The position numbers and the translations under genes are program-made. This document shows positions 40,454-50,000 of a stretch of DNA of 64,000 nt, in pieces. The stretch's first letter is position 1, and each line of letters begins with the position of its first letter. The notes beneath the pieces were generated by a model. That model was given only the letters and a program-made list of their open reading frames with translations, was not told the origin of the DNA and ran no database searches. Origin of the DNA: an uncultured delta proteobacterium (GTDB lineage Bacteria; Myxococcota; Myxococcia; Myxococcales; Myxococcaceae); assembly GCA_963771175.1 (NCBI GenBank), contig CAVYSY010000046.1:32001-96000 (forward strand), written 5' to 3'.

Positions 40454-41458
40454 ATGGAACTCGCGCGTGAACTGGCGGACTTTCTGGGGAGCGTGGAGCA
40501 GCGGCTGGGCTCGATGCTGGCGGATGGGGAGGTGGGCCCGGGAGTGCAGGGCGACACGCTGATGGAGGCCGCGCGCCACCTGTGCATCGGCACCGGCGGC
40601 AAGCGAGCCCGCCCCATGCTGGTGCGCCTGTTCGGCGGAGCCGTGGGCGTGGCCCCCGAGAAGCTGGTGGACGTGGCGGTGGCCTCGGAGATGATCCACT
40701 CCTCCAGCCTCCTGCACGATGACGTGGTGGACGCCGGCATGTTCCGCCGCGCCAAGCCCACGGTGAACGCCCGCTGGGGCAACATCGTCGCGGTGATGAG
40801 TGGAGATCTCATCCTCTCCACCGCGCTGCACCGCCTGGCCCACCTGGATCCACGCATCACCCAGAGCGCACTGGCGGTGGTGGTGGAGATGTCGCGCGCG
40901 GCCATCACCGAGGTGGAGGCCCGCGGCAACCTGGACCTGCCCCTGGAGCGCCTGCGCTTCATCGCCGAGGGCAAGACGGGCTCGCTCTTCGGCTGGTGCG
41001 GCAGCGCCGCCGCCACGCTCGCCGGCCAGCCCGAGGCCGCCCAGCGCTTCGACCTGTTCGGCCGCCGCTTCGGCGTGGCCTTCCAGATCGCCGATGACAT
41101 CCGCGACGTGCTCGGCACGGACCCGGGCAAGCCGCGCTACGCGGACGTGCTCTCGGGGACGCCCTCGCTGCCCATCCTCCTGGCGGTGGCACGGGACAGC
41201 AGCCTGAAGGGCAAGCTGAAGGACGCGTGGGCCTTCACCACGGTGAACCCCGAGCGCACCCGCGCCATCGGCGACGCCATCGAGGCCACCGGCGCCGTGG
41301 ATCTGGCCCTGGAGCGGATGAACAAGGAGCTGGATGCGGCCGTGGACGCGCTCGGGTCGTACGCGCAGCAGGGCACGGGGGCGGAGCTGGTGGACTGGGC
41401 GCGCAAGCTGTCGGTGGGCATGTCCACCCAGGCGCAGGAGCGGAGCCGGGCTGCATGA
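40454..41458 (+). CDS. Polyprenyl diphosphate synthase (canonical trans-IDS)
   Basis: GGKRARP, EMIHSSSLLHDDVVD..FRR..PT, GKTG, FQIADDIRD. Confidence 0.92.
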   Translation: MELARELADFLGSVEQRLGSMLADGEVGPGVQGDTLMEAARHLCIGTGGKRARPMLVRLFGGAVGVAPEKLVDVAVASEMIHSSSLLHDDVVDAGMFRRAKPTVNARWGNIVAVMSGDLILSTALHRLAHLDPRITQSALAVVVEMSRAAITEVEARGNLDLPLERLRFIAEGKTGSLFGWCGSAAATLAGQPEAAQRFDLFGRRFGVAFQIADDIRDVLGTDPGKPRYADVLSGTPSLPILLAVARDSSLKGKLKDAWAFTTVNPERTRAIGDAIEATGAVDLALERMNKELDAAVDALGSYAQQGTGAELVDWARKLSVGMSTQAQERSRAA

Positions 41459-42033
41459 AAGGCTACCTGTGGACGGGCGGTCTCGAAGCGGGCCGGGGGG
41501 AGGGCTCCAGCAACGGTCGTCTCGCTCCCTGGGAAGCCATCGCCGTCGACGCGGTGGGCAATGTGATTGAGTTCTGGGGCTTCAAGCGCAACCAGGGCCG
41601 GGTGTGGGCCCTGCTGTACCTGCGCGGCGAGCCCCTCACCGCCGGGGAGATCGAGCGCGAGCTGGATCTGTCCAAGGGCGGAGTATCCATGCTGTTGAGG
41701 GACCTGGAGCGCTGGGGCGTGGTGCGGCGGGTGCGCCTGCCGCAGGACAGCGCGTGGCGCTACGGGGCGGAGACGGACCTCATCCGCATGGTGTCGCACG
41801 TGGTGGAGGAGCGGGAGGCGGGCTTCATCGAGCGGATCCGCGCGGACCTTTCCGAGGCGCGCCGGTTGGCCGAGGAGGCCGGAAACGTTCCCCATGAGCA
41901 TCTGGCGCGCCTGGAGAAGATGGCGACGCTTGCCGAGCACGTGGAGCGCGCGCTACGGCTGTTCGTCAAGACGGCGCGCCTGGACGTGGGCGGCATCCTC
42001 GGGGCGTTGCGCGAGGAGTCGACGCGGCGGTAG
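41455..42033 (+). CDS. GbsR/MarR-family transcriptional regulator
   Basis: FWGFKRNQGRVWALLYL..PLTAGEI...LSKGGVSMLLRDL wHTH; ATGA overlap with the synthase gene. Confidence 0.85.
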   Translation: MKGYLWTGGLEAGRGEGSSNGRLAPWEAIAVDAVGNVIEFWGFKRNQGRVWALLYLRGEPLTAGEIERELDLSKGGVSMLLRDLERWGVVRRVRLPQDSAWRYGAETDLIRMVSHVVEEREAGFIERIRADLSEARRLAEEAGNVPHEHLARLEKMATLAEHVERALRLFVKTARLDVGGILGALREESTRR

Positions 42034-42057
42034 GCGGCCCGTACGAGGGAGTCACGC

Positions 42058-42579
42058 ATGGATTCGCATTACGATCAGGTGATGAAGGCGCGGAACCAGG
42101 CGGACACCGCGGCCTCGAAGCTGTACTTCGCGTACTCGACGATTCTGGACCGGGCGGCCTTCGAGGAGTGGCGCTCGCAGCACAGCTACGACTTCTTCGA
42201 GCTGCCCGAGGGCAAGCTGGCCGAGGCGCTGGACGTGGACCTCGTGTACGACTTCCCCTCGAGGTGGTGGGGAGGGCGGGTGGCGGGGCTGAAGGACGAG
42301 CCGGGGAAGAGCGTGTACGGGAGGCTCTTCGAGGTTTCCGGGAAGGACTGGCCCATCATCCAGCACAAGGAGGGCGCGGTGACGAGCATGTGCGTGGAGC
42401 GGCTCGTGCGCGTCCGGGTGGAAGGGCAGGAACTGCAGGCCACGGCGTTCGTGACGTCGCCGAGGCGCGCGTCCACCGAGGGCCCCATCAGCCAGCGGTT
42501 CATCGAGGCGCTGGTGCGCGGCGCGCAGAGCGCGGGACTGCCGGCGGACTACATCGAGCGGCTGCGCCGGGGCGAGTAG
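42058..42579 (+). CDS. Gamma-glutamylcyclotransferase family protein
   Basis: LYFAYS, WGGRVA, VYGRLF, KEG, GLPADYI. Confidence 0.8.
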   Translation: MDSHYDQVMKARNQADTAASKLYFAYSTILDRAAFEEWRSQHSYDFFELPEGKLAEALDVDLVYDFPSRWWGGRVAGLKDEPGKSVYGRLFEVSGKDWPIIQHKEGAVTSMCVERLVRVRVEGQELQATAFVTSPRRASTEGPISQRFIEALVRGAQSAGLPADYIERLRRGE

Positions 42580-42644
42580 GGCGTCATCGTCTCAGGGGTG
42601 ACGATCCCGTAGGCTGGAGCCTTCCTCGAGTTGGAGGGCGTCTC

Positions 42645-43886
42645 CTGGCACATCGTCTGACCGCTGTGGTCCTGCTCCTGGCGCTGGTCACCGCGTGCGC
42701 TACCCCGCGTGTCGTACGCCTCGACACGGGGCTGGGTGCACCCCTGGAGTACCGGCCGCCCACCTCGAACGAGTCCGTGAGGGTGGACGCGGAAGCGTTC
42801 GAGGAAGCGCTGGCGAGGTTGGTGCTGAACGCGCCGCTGTTCCTCCGCTCCCCCCAGCAAGGCTGGCTGGTGCGCGCCAGCTACCCCGGCAATGGCGGGG
42901 ACCCGGGTCCGACGAGCAGGAGCTTCGGCGTCCTCTGCGGGCCGGGCCAGCGCGGAGTGGGCTGCCTGTCCCTGCTCGACGACGTGGTGGGCCTGGGCGA
43001 GTGGGACAAACTGGGAGTGTCGCTGGGCCTGGCTCTCGAGCCCCTGGGAGAGAGCATCTCCAAGGCGGTGGAGGACACCCTGGCCCCCCAGCTCTTCTAC
43101 GCGGTCATCGCCACGGGCCTCGTTGGCTGGGTGGTCCTGGCGGCGAACCCCGAGCCCGTGTTCACCAAGGCGGCGGCCATCGTGTCCGCGCTGATGTTGG
43201 TCTACCTGGGAGTGGAGACCTTCCTGGAGGTGGTGGAGGCCAGCAGGGAGCTGAAACGGGCCACCGACAGGGCCACGACTCCCGAGGAGTTGGAGCGGGC
43301 CGGCCAGCGCTTCGCGAAACGAGTGGGACCGGAGGTGGCACGCGTCTTCGTCCTCGCGGTGACGGTGGTGGTGAGCCAGGGAATGACCGGGGGCGCGGCG
43401 TGGCTGGCCTCTCGGCTGCCGATGCTGCCTGGCTTCTCGGAGGCAGCGGCGGTGGGGGCCTCACGGGTGGGCATCAACCTGGCGAGCCTGGAACAGGTGA
43501 GTGCGGTGGCCGTCGTGGGAAGCACCGTCGTCATCTCCCTGCCCGCCACGGCGGTCGCCATGGTGGCCCGAGGCATGGGAGAGGGCCAGGCGGCGTCTGG
43601 TGCGAGCGGACAGCTACACCACGTCATTTCCAAGCGGATCGCCGAAAAGCTTGAGGAGCATGCCACACTCCGAGGTCACTACACCGCGAGGGATCCACGG
43701 TTCGTCACGCGAGCGGCCGACAAGGACTCCCACAACGGCTACCAGCAATGGCACCGTGACGTAGATGACGAAGTCATCAGATGGCTTGAAAGATACGACA
43801 AAGCAACACCCGAGGAGTTCGTGACCTTCTTGCGGCAGATCTACAATCGGCCCGCGATGCGCGTGAGGTTCCCGGATGGCTTCTGA
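42645..43886 (+). CDS. SitA-like (SitA5-type) polymorphic toxin lipoprotein with His-containing nuclease-like C-terminus
   Basis: GGAGG SD then CTG; lipobox VTAC followed by ATPRVVRLDTG; ANPEPVFTK; C-terminal LHHVIS...HNGYQQWH. Confidence 0.72.
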   Translation: MAHRLTAVVLLLALVTACATPRVVRLDTGLGAPLEYRPPTSNESVRVDAEAFEEALARLVLNAPLFLRSPQQGWLVRASYPGNGGDPGPTSRSFGVLCGPGQRGVGCLSLLDDVVGLGEWDKLGVSLGLALEPLGESISKAVEDTLAPQLFYAVIATGLVGWVVLAANPEPVFTKAAAIVSALMLVYLGVETFLEVVEASRELKRATDRATTPEELERAGQRFAKRVGPEVARVFVLAVTVVVSQGMTGGAAWLASRLPMLPGFSEAAAVGASRVGINLASLEQVSAVAVVGSTVVISLPATAVAMVARGMGEGQAASGASGQLHHVISKRIAEKLEEHATLRGHYTARDPRFVTRAADKDSHNGYQQWHRDVDDEVIRWLERYDKATPEEFVTFLRQIYNRPAMRVRFPDGF

Positions 43887-44551
43887 AGTTCCCTCGCCCC
43901 CCATGCGTTTCTTCGTGCTGAAGAAGCTGAGGGAAGGCCAGCACGACACCGAGTTCAGCAGGGTCAGTTCGAACCTCGGCCCTGCGCTGCTCTGTCCCCA
44001 GTGCGGGGACACCATCGGGTCGCTGACCTGGCAGCCCCCCTACCAGGGCGAACTGGAACTCTACGGAAAGGACTTTGGGGATCTCGTGGAGGGCCCTTGT
44101 GGCGGCTTACTGGTCACCGAGCGCTTCGCGGAAGATTTCAAGGCGGAGGGGTTGACGGGGCTGAGCGGCTTTCATCCCGTCGAGGTGCTGCGGGTACGCC
44201 GCAGAGCGTCGTGGCCCCAAGCCCGGTCCACCGCCCCGGTATCTCTTCGTCACTCCGGCCTACGGCCACCCAGCGCTGGACATGGAGCGCAGCCGCCTGC
44301 GGATCAGCAAGCCCATCAAGTGCTCGTGGTGTCGCTACACCGGTATCGACGCCATCGACGGACTCGCCTTGGAGGAGGGCACGTGGAACGGGGAGGATGT
44401 GTTCCGGCCGCGCGGCCTTTGGGGGGTGATTATCGTCTCCGAGCGCTTCATGCGCTTCGCCGAGAGACATGCCATGAGTCACTTCACCCTGGTGCCCATC
44501 GAGAAATACGTCGTGGACCCGCTGGGCCTCTACTATCCGCAGTCGCTGTAA
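43876..44551 (+). CDS. Putative cognate immunity protein with two CxxC motifs; +1 frameshift near 44203
   Basis: Overlaps toxin stop; CPQCG, LLVTERF / PPRYLFV...CSWCR, WNGEDVFRPRGL, IIVSERF. Confidence 0.7.
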
Positions 44552-44708
44552 CTGGACCCGCCGAGCAGGAGTTGGCACGGCGATTGATAGGGCGGGCCTA
44601 CTGCTGGAGTCCCGTCCCGCCGGACCTCAGCGGGGAATCGATCAAGCACAGGGCCTGCCGCCTGCTCGCTTGCATTGCCAACAGAGCGCTCGGGATGCAT
44701 CTCCCTGT

Positions 44709-46979
44709 ATGTCCCGCCCGCGCCACTTCCGGGTCCCGTGGATCGTCCTTGGCCTCTCGCTCGCCGCGACCGCCGTGGCCACGATTGCGACCCTGTGGCT
44801 CATTCACACGCAGGAGCTCCGGCAATTCCAGAATCAGGCAAAAGCCGCGCGCATCCACCTCCAGACGCGAATGGACGCCTACGACGGCATTCTCAACTCC
44901 GGCGCGGATCTGATCTCCGGGACACGCGACCTCACCCGGGAGACCTTTCGTGGGGTCGTCACCAATCTCTTCAGTCGGACGAACCCGGGAGTTCAGGGGA
45001 TCGGCTACTCGCTCCGGGTTCCCCCGGGCGAAATCGCCAAGGTGGAGGAGCGGGCCCGCCAGAGTGGAATCGAGGACTTTCACATCTGGCCTGCCGGTCC
45101 GCGAGACGAATACCACACCATCTATTTCCTCGAGCCGATGAACGTCCGGAATCGTGCCGCGCTGGGCTACGACATGTTCTCCGAGCCCACACGCCGGGCA
45201 GCCATGGAGCGCGCGCGTGACACCGGAGAAGCCGCGATGTCCGGCAGGGTGACCCTGGTGCAGGAGATCGAAGGGCCCCGTCAGCCGGGCGTCCTCATCT
45301 ACGTTCCGGTCTATGAGGGGGGCGGCACTCCAGCGACGGTTGCGGAGCGGCGCGAGAAGCTGCTCGGCTTCATCTACAGCCCCTTTCGCACCGGAGACCT
45401 CTTCGAGAGTGTCTTCGGTAAGTCCTTCGACCTCCAGCACGAGGACCTGAAGGTAGCGGTGGCGATCTACGACGGAGCGGCGGAGCCGCAGAACCTCCTC
45501 TTCGACGAGCTCTCGTCCAGTCCCGCGCTCGAGCACCGTGGCTTCACCGAGGTAGAGGAAGTGCTGGTGGGCGGACGCTCGTGGACGGTGGTGGTCCACA
45601 GCCTCGCCCCATCGTACCCCGGAGGCTTCAGCGGTTTTCTTCCAGTCATTGTTCTCGTGGGAGGACTCTTCATCTCCTTCGTCTGCTCTGGCCTCTCATT
45701 TTTCGAGGCCAGGGCACGGGAGCTTGCGGAGCGACAGCGGTCCGCCGCGGAAAGCCTCACCCGCGTGGGCCTGGTGCTTGTGTCCAGGCTCACCACCCAG
45801 AGCATCCTTCAGCGGGTGGTCGAAGAGGGCACCCGTCTCACCCGGGCGGAGGCGGGCGCCTACTTCGAGAAACAGGGTCCGCAGCCGCAATGCATGGAGG
45901 CGCTGGCGGTCGCCCCCCATGAGGCCGTCGCCGAGCTCACGTCGGCCGCGGTGATGCCGTTGCTGGAGCGGATCTTCCTGGGCGAGCGCGTGCGCGAGGA
46001 GGACCTCCGGAAGGATCCCCTCCTCGGCGGGAGATGGACCGGCCGTGTCGGCGGGGCGTGGCCAGTGGTCAGCTGTCTGGGCGCCCCGGTGCGCAGCCGC
46101 AACGGGGAGACCATGGGCGCACTGCTGTTCGCGCACGCGGCGTCCGGGCACTTCCGGCCGGAGGACGTGCAGATGGTGGAGGGCCTCGCGGCGCAGGCTG
46201 CTGTGGCGCTGGACAACGCGCGCCTCTACCGCGAAGCACGGGACGCGGTCCGGGCGCGCGAGGAGTTCATGTCCATTGCTTCGCACGAGCTGAAGTCGCC
46301 CCTCACCGGCCTCGCGTTGCGGCTCCAGATGCTCGAGTCCATGGTGCGCTCGGGGGCGCCTCCCGAGCGTCTGCTCGCCTCCATCCAGGGCGGGCGTGCG
46401 GGGCTGCAGCGGCTTTCCCGGTTGCTCACGGATCTGCTTGATATGGCACGCATTACCGGGGGACGGCTTCAGATTGAAAGGGCCAATACCGACCTGAGCG
46501 AGCTGGTGCGCGAGGCAACGGAGAGGCTGGAGCCGCAGGCCGCACAAAGCGGGAGCCAGCTGCGGATCAACGCCGAGTCGAACCTGACTGGCTTCTGGGA
46601 CCGCCTGCGGCTCGAGCAGGTCGTCACCAACCTGCTGGACAACGCCGTCAAGTATGGGGCGGGGCAGCCGGTCGATATCACCGTTCACCGCGATGGGACC
46701 TGGGCGGTACTGGAGGTGGTGGACCATGGCATCGGGATCGATCCCGCGCGGCTGCCCAGGGTGTTCAACCCCTTCGAGCGTGGAGTCTCCGACCGACAAT
46801 ACGCGGGCCTCGGTCTCGGGCTGTACATCGCGCGGCAGATCGTGGACCTGCACGGAGGCACCATCCAGGTGGAGAGCCAACCCGGCGAGACGCGGTTCAC
46901 CGTGAGGCTGCCCTGCGCACCCGCGATGGCGGAGCTGGGGCATCGCTTCCCCGAAGGCGAAGCGCGCCCCATGCAATGA
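44709..46979 (+). CDS. CHASE + GAF sensor histidine kinase
   Basis: PGVQGIGY, NRAALGYDMFSE..RR.AM CHASE motif; AVALDNARLY; ASHELKSPL H-box; NLLDNAVKY, DHGIGI, GLGLGL. Confidence 0.92.
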   Translation: MSRPRHFRVPWIVLGLSLAATAVATIATLWLIHTQELRQFQNQAKAARIHLQTRMDAYDGILNSGADLISGTRDLTRETFRGVVTNLFSRTNPGVQGIGYSLRVPPGEIAKVEERARQSGIEDFHIWPAGPRDEYHTIYFLEPMNVRNRAALGYDMFSEPTRRAAMERARDTGEAAMSGRVTLVQEIEGPRQPGVLIYVPVYEGGGTPATVAERREKLLGFIYSPFRTGDLFESVFGKSFDLQHEDLKVAVAIYDGAAEPQNLLFDELSSSPALEHRGFTEVEEVLVGGRSWTVVVHSLAPSYPGGFSGFLPVIVLVGGLFISFVCSGLSFFEARARELAERQRSAAESLTRVGLVLVSRLTTQSILQRVVEEGTRLTRAEAGAYFEKQGPQPQCMEALAVAPHEAVAELTSAAVMPLLERIFLGERVREEDLRKDPLLGGRWTGRVGGAWPVVSCLGAPVRSRNGETMGALLFAHAASGHFRPEDVQMVEGLAAQAAVALDNARLYREARDAVRAREEFMSIASHELKSPLTGLALRLQMLESMVRSGAPPERLLASIQGGRAGLQRLSRLLTDLLDMARITGGRLQIERANTDLSELVREATERLEPQAAQSGSQLRINAESNLTGFWDRLRLEQVVTNLLDNAVKYGAGQPVDITVHRDGTWAVLEVVDHGIGIDPARLPRVFNPFERGVSDRQYAGLGLGLYIARQIVDLHGGTIQVESQPGETRFTVRLPCAPAMAELGHRFPEGEARPMQ

Positions 46980-47093
46980 GCCAGCAAAAAGGGTGGCCGA
47001 TTAGCGGAGCGGTCGGTCCTACGCTTGGCGAAGCGAGCAGTCCTGAGAATGTAGTCTTCAGCCGGGTTCCACAGGGGGAGCCGTCTGACATCC

Positions 47094-50000
47094 ATGTACC
47101 TTCCAAAGCCGATATCACCCTCCAATTCCTTGGACATCCCGGGCTATCGATTGCTGGGCTCGCTCCGAGTGACGGGCGCGAATGTGCTGTTCCTCGCGGT
47201 GGGGGAGGCCGATAACCGGCCCGTCATCATCAAGACGCCAGCGAACCCCTCGCCCGGCCCGCGCGAGTGGGAGCGCTATCGCTGGGAGCACGGCATCCTG
47301 CAGCGGCTCCGGGATGTGCGTGGCGTATCTCGGGTCCACTCCTGCGAGCTGATCCAGGACCGTCCGGTCCTCATCCTGGAGGAGGTGGAGGGCGAGTCCC
47401 TGTTGGAGGCCGTGGGCCAGCGGTTCGCGATTTCCTCGTTCCTCGAGCTGGCCATCTCCATGGCCTCGGCCCTCGGGGAGATCCACCGGCGTGGCATCAT
47501 CCACAAGGATCTCAAGCCCTCCAACATCATCATCACGCCCGCGGGAGAGGCGCGGATCATCGACTTCGGGAGCGCCACCGTCCAACAGGTGGAGCACGTG
47601 GATTCGGCGGCCCCCAGCCTCATCGAAGGGACGCTGGCGTACATGTCTCCCGAGCAGACCGGGCGCATGAACCGAGCGGTGGATTACCGCACGGACCTCT
47701 ATTCGTTGGGGGTGACGTTCTACGAGCTGCTGACGGGCACCTTGCCTTTCTGCGCGAGTGATGCGCTCGGATGGTTCCATGCGCACCTGGCCCAGCTGCC
47801 GAGGCCACCCCAGGAGCTCGTCGCGACCCTCCCTCCCGCGCTGTCCGCCATCGTGATGAAGCTCCTGGCCAAGGTGGCCGAGGAGCGCTACCAGAGCGCC
47901 GAGGGACTGAAGGTGGACCTCGAGCGGTGCCGGGAGGACCTGCTCCAGGGGGTCTCCCGGGTGTTCCCACTGGGCGAGCGGGACTTCCCCAGCCGCTTCC
48001 AGATTCCCCAGCGCCTCTACGGGCGCGACGCCCATGTCGCCACCCTGTTCCAGGGGTTCGAGCGGATAGTCCAGGGGGGACGGCCAGAGCTCCTCCTGGT
48101 CAGTGGCTACTCCGGCATCGGCAAGTCGTCGGTGGTCAACGAGCTCCAACGGCCCGTGGTGGAGCGGCGCGGGTTCTTCCTGCGCGGCAAGTTCGATCAG
48201 TTCCAACGGGACGTTCCCTACGCCACCCTGGCCCAGGCCATCCGCGGGTTGGTGCGGCAGCTGCTCGCCGGTACCGACGAGGAGCTCGCGAAGTGGCGCG
48301 GACTCCTGAGGGAGGCCTGGGGGGACAATGGCCAGGTGCTGGTGGACCTGGTTCCGCAGCTGGAGCTCGTCGTGGGCAAGCAGCCGGCCATCCAGGAGCT
48401 GCCTCCCGCCGAGGCGCAGGTCCGCTTCAACCGCGTCTTCCAGCAGTTCCTCGGGGTCTTCTCCACCTCCGAGCACCCGCTCGTCGTGTTCCTCGATGAC
48501 CTGCAATGGGCGGATCTGGCCAGTCTGGGGATTCTCAAACATCTGCTCGGCGACGAGGACATGCCGCCGGTGCTGCTGGTGGGGGCCTATCGCGACAACG
48601 AGGTGAGCCCGTCCCACCCGCTGATGCTGATGCTGGAGGAGGTGCGAAAGACGGGCGCGAGGGTGACCGACATCCGGCTCGAGCCGCTGAGCGCCGCTCA
48701 ACTCCGGCAGCTCGTCGCCGATACGCTTCCGGGGGCGGGGGAGGAGCTCGTCGTGCCCCTCTCGGAGCTGATCCTCGAGAAGACGGGAGGCAATCCGTTC
48801 TTCCTCATCCAGCTGATGCTGACGCTGAACCAGGACGGACTGCTGGCGCGCACGCCGCAAGGGGCGTGGCGGTGGGATGCAGCCGGCGTGCGGGCGAAGG
48901 CCTACTCCGACAACGTCGTCGACTTCATGGTGGGCAAGCTGCGCCAGCTCCCCGCCGGGACGCAGCACCTCCTGCGCCTGGCGGCGTGTGTGGGCAGTGG
49001 CTTCCCGCTCCCGATGCTGGCCATCATCTCCGGCATCGAGGTGTCCGAGGTGGAGCAGAGCCTGGAGCCCGCGCTCCAGGAGGGTCTCCTGGCGCGTCAC
49101 GGAGCGGAGCAGTACCGGTTCCTCCATGACCGCATCCAGCAGGCGTCCCAGGCCCTCATCCCCGAGGAGGAGCGAGCGGCCGTCCACCTGAGCATCGGCC
49201 GCCTGCTGCTGGCGAGCCTGTCGCCGGAGGAGGTGCGCGAGAAGCTCTTCGACCTCGTGGGGCAGTTCAACGCCGGGGCGGCGCTGCTCGAAGACCCCGA
49301 GGAGCGCCTCCAGGTCGCGCGGCTCAACGCCGAGGCGGGTCGGAAGGCCAAGGCGTCAATCGCGTACCGCTCGGCCATTGCCTACTTCGAGGCGGCGTTC
49401 AATCTCCTCCCGGGGGAGCCCTGGACGACGGACCCCGAGCTGGCCTTCAAGCTGCGTCTCGAGCAGGCAACCTGCGAGTTCATGAATGGCAATGCCGCCG
49501 GGGCGCGCCACCTGTTGGCGGAGCTCCGCCCCCGGGCGAGAGTCTCCGCGGACATCGCGGCCGTCTACCGCCTGACGAGCGAGCTCCACCTCGCCATGGG
49601 GGAGGTCCCGGAGGCCATTACCTGTTTCCTGGAGTGTCTGGCCCTGCTGGGCATGCCGATGTCGCCACACCCCTCCTGGGAGGAGGTGGTGGCCGCCAAC
49701 GAGGAGGTGTGGGCCCTCCTGAATGGGCGCCCCATCGAGAGCCTCATCGACCTGCCCCTCCTGAAGGATCCGGAGATTCAGGCGGTGCTCGGTGTCCTGG
49801 GCGCCATGTTCGCCGCGGCCTTCTTCACCGACAACAACCTGCTCATCCTCCACCTCTGCCGGCTGGTCTCCCTGACCCTCCGGTACGGCAACAGTGAAGC
49901 GGCCGTGCACGGCTACGCCTGGTATGGCGTGGTGCTGGGGTCCGCCTTCAAGAAGTACCGGGAGGGCTATGCCTTCGGCACGCTCGCCTGCGCCCTCGTG

